A stretch of 64,000 bases of DNA from Octopus sinensis (GCF_006345805.1 NC_043002.1:8556001-8620000), one strand, 5' to 3'; positions 51,803-64,000 are shown, counted from the first letter of the stretch. Numbers and translations: made by a program. Notes: generated from the letters alone by a model not told the origin.

Positions 51803-51810
<8 letters not shown>
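51391..51810 (-). mobile_element. Fold-back element in (TA)n with near-perfect arms of about 160 bp and a hammerhead in the spacer
   Basis: Arms at 51391-51555 and 51648-51810. Confidence 0.88.
51551..51615 (-). ncRNA. Type-I hammerhead-like fold
   Basis: Minus strand reads CCAUG-UUGAUGA-U GGCUG..UUUUCC UUGC GGAAAA..CAGCU-GAAA-CUAAUUUAG-UA^CAUGG. Confidence 0.75.
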
Positions 51811-51851
<41 letters not shown>

Positions 51852-51883
51852 ATCATCATCATCATGATATATATCAATCATCA

Positions 51884-52190
51884 CAGTGTCGGTGGCACGT
51901 AAAAACCAACTGATCGTGGCCGTGGCCAGCCTCCCCTGGCACCTGTGCTGGTGGCACGTAAAAAGCATACACTACACTCACAGAGTGGTTGGTGTTAGGA
52001 ATGGCATCCAGCTGTAGAAACACTACCAGATCAGACTGGAGACTGGTGCAGCCTCCAGGCTTCCCAGACCCCGGTCGAACTATCCAACCCATGCTAGCAA
52101 GGAAAACGGATGTTAAACAATGATGATGATCATCATCATCATCATCAACATTTAATATCCATTTTCCATGCTGGCATGTGTTGGATGGCT
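51884..52190. mobile_element. Two tail-to-tail family C retroposon ends
   Basis: (GAT)n directly followed by (CAT)n at about 52120-52146. Confidence 0.8.
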
Positions 52191-53300
52191 TTTTTAAATG
52201 TGCTTCACTGTCACACAGATAGCAGCATAGCCGCCTGCCCTTCATCACTACATACAGTCTGTAGCCTTCTGCCAATTCTATAGAAGTGGGTATCTTGTCT
52301 ATGGATAGTTGATCAATTTGCATAAGTATTTGAATTGTCTTCCCGACCCAGTTTTGCTGTTCTAAAACAGCAGTTTCCAGAATGTTAGTCTCTGCCATTT
52401 CATAGCAGATAGCAGATACTAGCCATTGTGTTTCTGGTGGTACATTTTTTATTGTGGCTTTCGTCACTCTCTGGCCTAAGGATGTTTCTTTATTACCCAC
52501 ACGGGGCTAAACATAGAGGGGACAAACAAGGACAGACAAACGAATTAAGTCGATTACATCGACCCCAGTGCGTAACTGGTACTTAATTTATCGACCCCGA
52601 AAGGATGAAAGGCAAAGTCGACCTCGGTGGAATTTGAACTCAGAACGTAACAGCAGACAAAATAAGGCTACGCATTTCGCCCGGCATGCCAACTCGCCGC
52701 CTAAGTATGTTGGTATCATCACCCACTCATCCATGTGGAGAGTTAATGTTGAAAATCAACTGTGCCGAATTTATGCCACCAATTGATGTATTCTTCATGT
52801 GCTGGGCGAAGGCATTTTTCTATTTTTGGTTGTGGTGCATTTTCCGGTTGTCTTGTCTTCGTACTGATAATTTTATATATGATTATTTTTTTTGTGTGTT
52901 TTCTATCATAAGTTTTGGAATATGGAGATGTAAATCGTCTTCTTCTTTGCTAAAAAGTGCCTTTGTGTTGTTTATTTCTTTTGCAGTGAATTTCATGATT
53001 GTTCTTCTTTGTTTCATCGCTTCCACGAAATTTGTTTTGTCCTTGGTAGTAGTGGTGGTGGTGGTGGTGGGAGTGTTGGTAGCAGAGGTGTTAGTTATAG
53101 TAGTGGTGTTGGTGGTACTGTCTTTGGTGGAGGTCACAGTGAATGGCTTTGTGATGATTTTGTTGTTGTTGTTGTTGTTGGTGGTGGTGGTGTCAGGGCT
53201 GTTAACGAACGTGGTTGCAGTATCAATGACATTGACAGCATTCACTTTCACGTCTCGATTTATTTGTATTTTTCATGTCTGTAGTTGTATTTGAGCGTGT
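52190..53300 (-). pseudogene. gag/ORF1-like relic with zinc knuckle, interrupted by SINE B (52484-52701)
   Basis: IPTYLG|QRVTKATIKNVPPE...RRLCCYLCDSEAHLKK reads through when the SINE (TSD CCTAAG-ATGTT) is removed; Thr/Asn-rich N-terminus. Confidence 0.55.
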
Positions 53301-53632
53301 GTGCATGCAGGAGTTATCCTTTTTTCTCTCCTAGTGCTTCAAGGCCAAGAAAATGCTGGTCCATGAACAAATTTGACCCAGTGTTCCACTATGAAATTTC
53401 TCGACATTTTCCACAGTCGAGAAGTAAAATTGAAACTTAAATAGAATTGAAACTGCCCCTAGGAGCCAATTCCTCCCTTGAAAACACACTCAAACGAAAG
53501 TTGGATCCTTCACACACCTTGTGTACAAAAATTAAAACAAAATGTGTGCAATATAAGGTCGAAAAAAGCGATTGCCTTTGGAGCCAATGCCACAACACAT
53601 CAGTTGATGGATGGATGGATAGATAAATAGAA

Positions 53633-53859
53633 GGCAGCGAGCTGGCAGAAACGTTAGCATGCCAGGCTAAATGCTTAGCGGTATTTTGTCTGTCGTTACG
53701 TTTTGAGTTCAAATTCCACCAAGGTCGACTTTGCCTTTCATCCTTTCGGGTTCGATAAATAAGTACCAGTTATGCACTAGGGTTAATGTAATCGACTTAA
53801 TACCTATGTCTGTCCTTGTTTGTCCCCTCTGTGTTTAGCCCCTTGTGGGTAGTAAAGAA

Positions 53860-53861
<2 letters not shown>
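53633..53861 (+). mobile_element. SINE family B followed by (GATA)n
   Basis: Matches family B. Confidence 0.9.
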
Positions 53862-53924
<63 letters not shown>

Positions 53925-54402
53925 CAGATGGTAGGCTATCCAAATATGTTGATTGTTTTCAGACATGTTAAACATTCTACTTGATTGACATGGAACTAAA
54001 CTGAATATTTAACAGTTCACACTCAACTAAGTGCATGCAGGCTTGGTCAGTTGGTCAGCTGGTTTTCCATAATGCCTCCTTTTGTTAGTCAATCATATCT
54101 CATTAAAGCCTGAGATTAGCAACACACAGCTTTTCTGAAAGAGAGAGCTTTTCTTGGAGATTTCACCTAATGGAAGAAGGAAGCAGTGGCAAACGACAAA
54201 TGCATGGCAAGATAAGAGAAAAAAAATCAATAAATGGTTATAATGAATGAGAGTAAATGGTTGTAATGTAGATGTAAATAGATGTATGTGCTTATATGAA
54301 AAACTGAACAATTCTCAGTGTGTGGATGTGCGTGTATGCAAAGATGTGGACACAAGTATGGCAGAGTGGTAAATAAGTTTTTTTCACAATTACGAAGACC
54401 CG

Positions 54403-54650
54403 ACAAATGAAGTGAGTTCATGGCTCGCAGGATGGCCTGCTGTGCTAACCTTGGATCGTAGAGTGACCCGCTGTTCTTGAGGAGACTTATTGAGTCAAGT
54501 TCGTCAACATCAAAATAAAAATTCAAATGGAAATTGCAGTTAAGACACCCGTGCTGGTGACACGTAAAAAGCACCGTCCGAACGTGGCAGATGCCAGCGC
54601 CGCCTGACTGGCATCCGTGTCGGTGACACGTAAAAATGATGATGATGGTG
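54403..54650 (+). mobile_element. Family C retroposon with extended 5' region, internally deleted
   Basis: Shares about 230 bp with 56300-56537. Confidence 0.75.
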
Positions 54651-55181
54651 ATGATAACTTCACATTCTAATTTTGGTGTAAAATAATTGAAATATATATT
54701 ACAGAATAACAACATATAAATGTATTCATTATTTGCTAAAATATTCCATTGCTATCACCATTAACTTTCTCCACCTTAAGAAATAAATAAATAAATTAGG
54801 GAATATGAGTATTTTCATGAAAAAAAAATGCATTTAAGGAAATAAAAAATAGGAAAATTTAAAGAAAAATTCTAAATGATCCAATTGAAAATTCTATTAT
54901 AGTTTTATTCCTTCTATTTAGCTTGCCTTTTAGAAACTTGTTTTATTGTGGCTTAGGTTTAGATTTGATAATAGCATTTTATAAAAAGGAAAATGTCCAT
55001 CTCTAGAATTTCCTCATTTTGTATAATTGCTATATTTCTCTTTTGTTTTTTAGACTAATGAGGATTATCATCTCATTACTATCACCATCAATAACATCAT
55101 TGTCATCCGGTGGAGAAATATAGAAATGACAACAAGGAAGGTACTTTTTAATGAAAACCCCTTGTAAACCCGAAACAGGCT

Positions 55182-55413
55182 TTAACCCTTTCGTTACCAT
55201 ATTTCTGTTGAGATGTTCTGTGTTTCTTTCAATAAATTTTAAATATAACAAAGAATTTAGTAAAATAACTTAGTTATCATTAAGCTAGTGTTAGGAACAA
55301 TAAATTGTGACTAAAGTTTGGTGGAACATTTTTAATTCAGAACTTATGGAAACAAGACATTTGTATTACAGAGCCAGAGCCGGTTTCAGCCGAGTTGGTA
55401 ACAAAAGGGTTAA
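55182..55413. mobile_element. piggyBac-type MITE
   Basis: TTAA-CCCTTTCGTTACC...GGTAACAAAAGGG-TTAA. Confidence 0.88.
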
Positions 55414-55590
55414 AATTTCAGGGTAAATTTCTGTAATGCAACAATTTTTGTCAACTGCAAAAGCAGTAAGATTATGTTTTTAATGAAGTGATAACAACAG
55501 CAGCAACACTTGATTTCTTGTATTGGTACACTACATGGGCACAGTAAATTTTGTTGACTAAATCAACATCACTATATGGTAGATACTTAT

Positions 55591-56091
55591 TGTGGTGCTT
55601 TATGGGTTTTCTGTCTACCGGAGAAGGTAGAGAGATGGAGACGACCACAATGGTGATGACGGTGGTGGAGATGGAGAACGTCCCATCTGTCGCTGGTGTA
55701 CATTAGCGTCATCATGGCTGAAGCAGGAGCATGGTTAGCTGGCTGGTCGTCAGTCGCTGGAACTGGAACACGGCTGAGAAGCTCACTGGTCAGTGACTAG
55801 ACCTTAGAAGGTCTAGAGCCAAAGACCAGGAATAGTGAATGCTGAGCTTTTTATAGGGTTTAGATGGCTCAAATGAAGGATCAGAAACATAGTGTCACAA
55901 GACCTTATCCAAAGGCCATGATTGGTTGGCTTACACACTGGCGCGAAATAAGTCGAAAGACAAACTGCGCCACTGTCAACCAATCAGAGCAGTGGACACA
56001 ACAGGGTCAAACTAGCCAAAAATGGTTGTAATCTCACACGAGATTATTCCTAATATGTCTCTCAAACAATGAGGATATCAGTTACACTACA
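55591..56091 (-). mobile_element. Probable solo LTR
   Basis: TG...CA termini (TGTGGTG/CACTACA), TATAAAAAG on the minus strand at about 55846-55855, CCAAT boxes; no TSD seen. Confidence 0.45.
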
Positions 56092-56299
56092 GAGATTTCA
56101 AGGGCACCAAACTCCTAATAGTAAGTGTTGTGCAAACATCCATTTATACTCAGGTAGTTGTTAATACAACTCACTCATAAATTAGTAAGTCAACAGTCTA
56201 ATAAAATATTTATGGAAGGGACAAAGAATTTCTGTAGGGCCTCACAGAGGAAATGACGAAAACCGAGACCCCTGAGATATGCTGTGACTTGAATACCCA

Positions 56300-56765
56300 A
56301 CAAATGAAGTGAGTTCATGGCTCGCAAGATGGCCTGCTGTGCTAACCTTGGATCGTAGAGTGACCTGCTGTTCTCAAGGAGACCTATTGAGTCAAGTATG
56401 TTAACACCAACATCAAAATAAAAATCAAATGGAAATTGTAGTTAAGACACCTGTGCCAGTGACACGTAAAAAGCACTGTCCGAACGTGGCAGAGGCCAGC
56501 GCCGCCTGACTGGCATCTGTGTCGGTGACACGTAAAAGCACCAACCAATCGTGGCTGTTTGCCAGCCTCCTCTGGCCCTGTGCCAGTGGCACATAAAAAA
56601 CCCATTACACTCATAGAGCGGTTGGTGTTAGGAAGGGCATCCAGCTGTAGAAACACTGCCAGATCAGACTAGAGCCTGGTGCAGCCTCCATGGCTTACCA
56701 GACCCCAATCAAACCATCCAACCGATGCTAGCATGGAAAACGGACGTTAAATGATGATGATGATC
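56300..56765 (+). mobile_element. Family C retroposon, long form
   Basis: 5' extension, internal subrepeats and (GAT)n tail. Confidence 0.82.
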
Positions 56766-57264
56766 ACAGCTGCTAATTTGTAAAGAAGAGATCAGGTTCT
56801 TTGAACAAATGCCATGCAAGCAACAGTCAAACAGACGGAAAGCAATAGCTCTTGTTCATCCCCAAGATGACACTTATAGAACAGGCTTGTGATCAAAGAC
56901 ACTCCAGCCACAACCATCCTAAATTTTGGGTGATATGTAAGACATTACATAAGTGGTCATTTCCTTGTTTAAGATGTCAGAGTATGATTTGAAAGAGATT
57001 TGTTTGCTATTTTTAGCTGCCAAGCAACAGCATAATCTTACTTATTGATAGGTGACAGTAGTTGTGTAGCCACATGTCAACTTTGGTCAAGCAGACCTAT
57101 GAGGAAAGGCATTACAGCCTTAACATATCAGAATTGTTTGCATATATAGGTTTACACTGTTCAATGCTTTTTTCCTGTTTTAAGATGATAGGGAATGACC
57201 TAAGGTAATTTAGCTGCTATTTCAAGCAGTCTTCAGAAACCTCAGTGAAGTTTTTAATATAAAT

Positions 57265-57665
57265 AAAAAATAATAATGAAATTATTGTATACAGTGCTCA
57301 GGTGCACCACAACTTGTCAAAAGTGCATATAAAGTATATGCAGTAATGTACAAATGTCTGGAAAGTGAACAGTGTATGAGTCAGATACATGCTTGTGTGC
57401 GTATGGAGGGGAGAAAATCAGGTGTAGTGTTGGCGAATCTCAGGAAGCATGGAAGTTTTGAAGGATGCAGTGCTCCGACAACTAACAACTGATGCCGGCA
57501 GTTTGTTCCATGCTTCAGCAACTCTTAGTGTGAAAAAATGTTTCCGAAAGTCATGGAAGGAGCTGTGCTGTTTTCTGACTTTGTAAACATATCCATGGGT
57601 GTTAGACAGGTGGAGTTTGAAAAGGTGCTCAGAGTTTATTGTTTGTAAGATAGTTGATAATTTGT
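57265..57665 (-). mobile_element. CR1-clade LINE 3' end
   Basis: HDFRKHFFTLRVAEAWNKLPASVVSCRSTASFK, then 3' UTR. Confidence 0.8.
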
Positions 57666-57682
57666 GTAATACTATTACACAC

Positions 57683-58155
57683 TATGTACTTGTACTTGTG
57701 GCGACATTCACCCTGGGCGGGTTAAGTCGGCTTCTACCACCCTCGAGGCATCTCGAACCATGGCAGCCCACGCACGACGGTCCTGCGCCAGTTCACTGGA
57801 GATAGCGAGTCAGTGACGGTACCATCAGCGCAGGCTGACCACCTGTGGTTCCGTGAGCACAGAGAGGTCCTCCTTGATCGTCGTAACCCAGGTCTTCAGC
57901 TGCCCGCCCGCGCGTTCCTGCCAGTTGGGAAGAGGAGTTGGGAGAAGGATATCACGGCTCAGTTCACCCACCGGACGCCTACATGCATGGCCAAACCACT
58001 GCAAGCTCCGTTGCAGAAGGACAGACGGAAGGGGCTGCAGAGACAGACGAAATCGGAGATTGGCGGTGGGAACTCGATCCGCCCAACGGCAGTGAAGAAT
58101 GCACCAGAGGCAGTCATTGTCAAAGACTTCCAGCCTTCATTGATCAACGTTGATA
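57683..58155 (-). mobile_element. RTE-clade LINE 3' end
   Basis: RRLEVFDNDCL..LQWFGHACRR..GGQLKTWVTTIKEDL..LAQDRRAW; (CAAGTA)n tail. Confidence 0.85.
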
Positions 58156-58962
58156 CCACACTATGGTATCCATACTATAATGCGTTATATTAAAAACTAA
58201 GAAATATTAAGTAATGTGGAGTTGAGTTAACCTGTTATTAAATGCTTGTAACTCTGACTAAATATGTTCAAAACTACTTTCATTTGTTCGTCTACATATG
58301 CGTAGGAATAAATGTAGGTATAAGCAAGTTAGATCACTATATAAAGAGGTTTTACTATATTCATACATTGAAATACAAGAAATGTATGCAAAAAATGTAT
58401 TTATGTTTACATACGAAAAGGGTCTGACTTGGACAGAATACAAATGAAATAGAGGATTAAAGGGGCTGAAGAAAAGTATTACAAATCCAACAGCTGTTTC
58501 TGACCATATATACATATACAGACAGACACAGGTATCCACACATCATCTTCATCCTCGTTTTAATGTCCACTTTTTCATGCTTGCATGGGTTGGACAGAAT
58601 TCATTGAGCAGGTTTACAAGATACAATAAGCTGTCATTTTTGAAGATTTGCCTTATAGGTGTGAAAACAATGGTAACTCCATGATCAGCCATAACCAACA
58701 ATTATGTATATATTCTTTATTAATATATATATATACTTCATTAATAAAGCATATTACTCTATCTCTGGTATTTGAGTACTGTTTTTTTCCATCTTGTTTC
58801 ACATTTCTGTGCTTACTCTAGTATATATATATATATATGTATATAGCTTGAAGTAAGGTGAGCTGTGCAGATAATACCAAACTGACTTGGTGCTTCAACT
58901 TAAGTAACTAATTCAACCGAATTTCAATTATTCATATATGTATACATGTGTGTGTGTGTGTG

Positions 58963-58974
<12 letters not shown>

Positions 58975-58993
<19 letters not shown>

Positions 58994-61825
58994 ATATATG
59001 AAGTTTTGGAGATGATGTACAGGTATTTTATATTAGAAGAAATGAGGTACTCAGAAATTCAAATGGTTTTATATTTACAGATATTTATTTGTATATTACA
59101 TGTTTTTATACATCATATATCATACATCATATATTAGCACTTTTGTCCATTCTAGTGGAGTCTTCAAATTGAACTAAGTTCTTGGGGAAAATTTGACTAT
59201 TTTTATAGTGTTATTGAGTGTGTAGTGTTGGGGAGAGATATAAGATAGTACAAGAGGGTGATGAATGGGGAGAAAGTGAGAGAGAACATGTATGTGCATA
59301 TATATATACATATATATATATTAGAAGGTTTGGAGATGATGTACAGGTATTTTATATTAGAAGAAATGAGGTACTCAGAAATTCGGATGGTTTTATATTT
59401 ACAGATATTTATTTGTATATTACATGATTTTATACATCATATATCATACATCATATATTAGCGCTTTCGTCCATTCTAGTGGAGTTTTCAAATTGAACTA
59501 AGTTCTTGGGGAAAATTTGACCATTTTGGGTTAGACCAGTTTTGTGTGTGTGTGTGTGTATATATATGTATATACAGGTTTCAGTTCAGTCATATGATGT
59601 AAAACCTTCAACAAAGCCCTAGCAACCAAAGCCTTGTGAAGCCTGGTTGTGTGTGTGTGTGTGTATGTGTGCATGCCTTTGTCTTAACATTGCACAGTAG
59701 CTGTAAATGAGTTTCACCATCACAAAAGGGATGTTGTTCATTTACAATATTCTGTAGAAGCAAGTCCAGCTATGAGCAACAACAGTAGTTTGCTTGGAAA
59801 CAGGCGAGAGCCAGCAACAAGAAGGTCATTCACTCACAGATAATCTGCCTCTCAATAACAAATTCCATCTGACTGACGGAAGAATGGAAAAGTGTAGATT
59901 AAGGTGGTGATGATGATAACAGTGATTGAGATGAGAATTTGTTGTTCTGTTTATTTCTTCAATTTAATCTGATGTTGCAGCCCCAAGAAATTTGCAATTC
60001 ATCATCATCATCATCATCGTTTAACGTCCGTTTTCCATGCTAGCATGGGTTGGACAGTTCAACCAGGGTCTGGGAAGCCAGAAGGCTGCAGCAGGCTCCA
60101 GTTTGATCTGGCAGTGTTTCTACAGCTGGATGCCCTTCCTAACGCCAACCACTCCATGAGTGTAGTGGGTGCTTTTCACGTGCCACCAGCACAGGTGCCA
60201 GGCGAGGCTGGCAACGTCCACGATCGGTTGGTGCTCTTTACGTGCCACTGGTACGGAAGCTAGTCAAGGCGGCGCTGGCATCAACCACATTTCGATGGTG
60301 CTTTTTACGTGCCACCAGCACAGGGATCACAACTACTGTAAAAATTTGTTGAGCACTTTCTGTTAGTTACATTTCACTTGCACAAATGTGTGTGTGGTGT
60401 GTGTGTGTATATATGAAGTTTTGGAGATGATGTACAGGTATTTTATATTAGAAGAAATGAGGTACTCAGAAATTCAAATGGTTTTATATTTACAGATATT
60501 ATTTGTATATTACATGTTTTTATACATCATATATCATACATCATATATTAGCACTTTTGTCCATTCTAGTGGAGTCTTCAAATTGAACTAAGTTCTTGGG
60601 GAAAATTTGACTATTTTATAGTGTTATTGAGTGTGTAGTGTTGGGGAGAGATATAAGATAGTACAAGAGGGTGATGAATGGGGAGAAAGTGAGAGAGAAC
60701 ATGTATGTGCATATATATATACATATATATATATTAGAAGGTTTGGAGATGATGTACAGGTATTTTATATTAGAAGAAATGAGGTACTCAGAAATTCGGA
60801 TGGTTTTATATTTACAGATATTTATTTGTATATTACATGATTTTATACATCATATATCATACATCATATATTAGCGCTTTCGTCCATTCTAGTGGAGTTT
60901 TCAAATTGAACTAAGTTCTTGGGGGAAAATTTGACCATTTTTGGGTTAGACCAGTTTTGTGTGTGTGTGTGTGTATATATATATGTATATACAGGTTTCA
61001 GGTTCAGTCATATGATGTAAAACCTTCAACAAAGCCCTAGCAACCAAAGCCTTGTGAAGCCTGGTTGTGTGTGTGTGTGTGTATGTGTGCATGCCTTTGT
61101 CTTAACATTGCACAGTAGCTGTAAATGAGTTTCACCATCACAAAAGGGATGTTGTTCATTTACAATATTCTGTAGAAGCAAGTCCAGCTATGAGCAACAA
61201 CAGTAGTTTGCTTGGAAACAGGCGAGAGCCAGCAACAAGAAGGTCATTCACTCACAGATAATCTGCCTCTCAATAACAAATTCCATCTGACTGACGGAAG
61301 AATGGAAAAGTGTAGATTAAGGTGGTGATGATGATAACAGTGATTGAGATGAGAATTTGTTGTTCTGTTTATTTCTTCAATTTAATCTGATGTTGCAGCC
61401 CCAAGAAATTTGCAATTCATCATCATCATCATCATCGTTTAACGTCCGTTTTCCATGCTAGCATGGGTTGGACAGTTCAACCAGGGTCTGGGAAGCCAGA
61501 AGGCTGCAGCAGGCTCCAGTTTGATCTGGCAGTGTTTCTACAGCTGGATGCCCTTCCTAACGCCAACCACTCCATGAGTGTAGTGGGTGCTTTTCACGTG
61601 CCACCAGCACAGGTGCCAGGCGAGGCTGGCAACGTCCACGATCGGTTGGTGCTCTTTACGTGCCACTGGTACGGAAGCTAGTCAAGGCGGCGCTGGCATC
61701 AACCACATTTCGATGGTGCTTTTTACGTGCCACCAGCACAGGGATCACAACTACTGTAAAAATTTGTTGAGCACTTTCTGTTAGTTACATTTCACTTGCA
61801 CAAATGTGTGTGTGTGTGTGTGTGT
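58975..61825. repeat. Tandem duplication, unit about 1.42 kb, 2 copies; each has an internal 210-bp direct repeat and a family C copy
   Basis: 58975-60395 is nearly identical to 60395-61825; breakpoints fall in (TG)n tracts. Confidence 0.93.
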
Positions 61826-63143
61826 AAACCAACCTGTATAAATTCACACCTTGCACTTATATACCTGTAAGATTATCTCAATAAATAGCAATATAATGAC
61901 ATGTTTTTTAGGATATCCTCTGTAAGTTGTTTCTGAATTCATCTCAAAGCTTTTGGCTTGATAGTAACTTGACTGAGACTGTACAAATGATACTGATTTA
62001 TGGAAGATGCTTTCTGATATATTCATCAGATAGCTTTTATCAAGAAGACGAAGAATAAACTAATTGGCATCCCTCGAGAAAAGGCAAATCTTGAGTACAT
62101 ATGAGAAAGGGAAGAAATAGTTCACTGGTAAAAAGGGTTTTTTTTTTGTATGTTTACAGTGGGTATTTATTTGCTGTTGTTTATATTCTTTTATTTTACT
62201 ATTTTTCTTTCTTTTTTTTTTTTGGTCAGACTTAATATCTGATGATTGGTCCTAAAAATATATGTTTCACATAGAAATATATAAAATAAATATCAAGGAA
62301 ATGGAACTAACTTCCTGAAATATATTGCAATCAGCTTTCGATGAAAAACATCTAATGTAAAAAAGATGGCAACAGCTGTTTGCTTCAGTGAGATGGCGTT
62401 TCTAGCTCTGTGATCTTGTCTGTCAATATTTTATCTTTTCCCCCTTAGCTCTTTCTTCTATTCCAATTCCTCACTCTCTCTCTCTTCCTCTTTTTTTTTT
62501 CAAAAAAAAAAAAAAAAGCATTTACAAATATGAAAAAGAATGCAAAAAAATATTAGTACAAACACCAACATATTTGTCATTCTAACAGTAGATTCCAAAT
62601 TTCATATATTTGGTGGTATATGTAAAAGAATTTTATTTATAACTGTTAGTTACATGTTTTCCCCTCTCAACCCCTCCTCTACCACTCCCTGGCTTCCAGT
62701 AAATAAAAGAGGGTATTCTTAGTTCAGATTTGCCACAATTGTACTACACTCCAGTGATTTCTCTCTCTGATAGAAACCCCTTTGAAATGTCAGTCACTTG
62801 TTTTGTCCTTCTGTTTGTCTATCTGGTTTCCTCTTTATTAATCTGTTTCTGTTATCTTTCTAGTTATATATGTCAGTTTATCTGACAGCATACATCTATG
62901 TCTGTCTCTCGCACACACATACTTACATGTTTTGTTTTTTTTTGTTTCATATGGAAACTATCTCCACAGTCTAAATAAAGTACTTAATATCTGAGAAAGT
63001 AGAGTTAAATATGTTGTTTATTAGTGATTGGACTCACAGGTTTGTAATTGTGTTTCAACCCTTTGGCTCTGGAAAAAATGAATAAAAACCAAAGTGTTGA
63101 AATGAAATTACAATTCCATAAGCCAGTCATTAATACATCATAC

Positions 63144-63176
<33 letters not shown>

Positions 63177-63277
63177 AGTGTGTGTTTCATTAAAGACATA
63201 GCTATATTCTAGTTGTATCCTTTTTATTTCAGATTTCCCATATTTTTGTATTAGTTTCTGGTAGTTAGTTTGAAACA

Positions 63278-63402
63278 ATCATCATCATCATCATTTAGCG
63301 TCCGCTTTCCATGCTAGCATGGGTTGGACGGTTCAACTGGGGTCTGGCAGTGTTTGTACGGCTGGATGCCCTTCCTAACGCCAACCACTCCGTGAGTGTA
63401 GT
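63278..63402 (-). mobile_element. Family C retroposon 3' fragment
   Basis: (CAT)n and CTGGATGCCCTTCC. Confidence 0.8.
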
Positions 63403-64000
63403 ATCTAAATCCATACTCAAATATCCTTAAAAGACAGGAGAGTGCAAGAGAGAGCAAACTAAATCAAGTGTATTGCAGAAGCCTTCAATAACATACAAAC
63501 AAACATGCAAGCCCAAAAATGGTTGCTTGACTTGTTAGATATAGCAGTCAAATACTCCTCATGTCACATCTTATCATCATAAAATATAGTACACATTACA
63601 ATAGTTTAGACACATAATGCTTAAACAAAGAAAGAATAAAAACTAAAAAATGATGGTTAGTTCAACAGTTCTTAATATTCTTTCATCATAGCAAATCAAC
63701 AGGGTAAACTCTTCTACAAACTCTCCAAAGGAACAGCTCAAACACCATTGAAGTCAGCTTTGCCTCTTGTTATTTCAAGGCCAATAAAATATGATACGAG
63801 TCCAGGGCGGAGGATTGGTCGAATTGTTAGAGCATTGAATGAGATGCTTGTGGGAATCTCAGTCTAGCTCTTTACATTCTGAATTCTTGAATGGTAGACT
63901 TAATCTATCATTAGTTTAACAACAAGATCTAGTCCTTGGTTCTCTCTGTTGTAAGCATTCGGGCCAAGTCTTTGATCTGAGAATGACTTTCTCCCATCAA

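Noticed and set aside
52686-53294. 202-aa hydrophobic ORF on the plus strand
   Set aside because: Antisense of the Thr/Asn-rich gag-like relic; poly-Val/Leu comes from trinucleotide repeats.
282-63199. Most short ORFs in the supplied track
   Set aside because: They are translations of SINEs, microsatellites or antisense LINE fragments, and the same peptides recur at each repeat copy.

Overview
AT-rich, microsatellite-dense eukaryotic DNA with no supportable host protein-coding exon. The SINE repertoire resembles that of octopus genomes (inference from recalled repeat sequences). The window is mostly mobile-element debris: several tRNA-derived SINE families in about 50 copies or fragments, TTAA-flanked piggyBac-type MITEs, a full-length but dead mariner (37428-38718), a DD37D/maT-like transposase relic, two R4/Dong-type LINE relics, RTE and CR1 3' ends, a gag-like zinc-knuckle ORF relic, a probable solo LTR and two kb-scale tandem duplications. 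The most interesting signal is a set of distinct short non-coding elements, several embedded in (TA)n tracts, each carrying a minimal type-I hammerhead-ribozyme fold of the Penelope/retrozyme kind. Most lie inside long fold-back inverted repeats. Several have non-canonical cores (G3-C8; U3-A8 with C4; U6; an extra base after A9). In several, the inverted arm begins at or next to the predicted self-cleavage site. All folds were derived by eye, and none is shown to be active.
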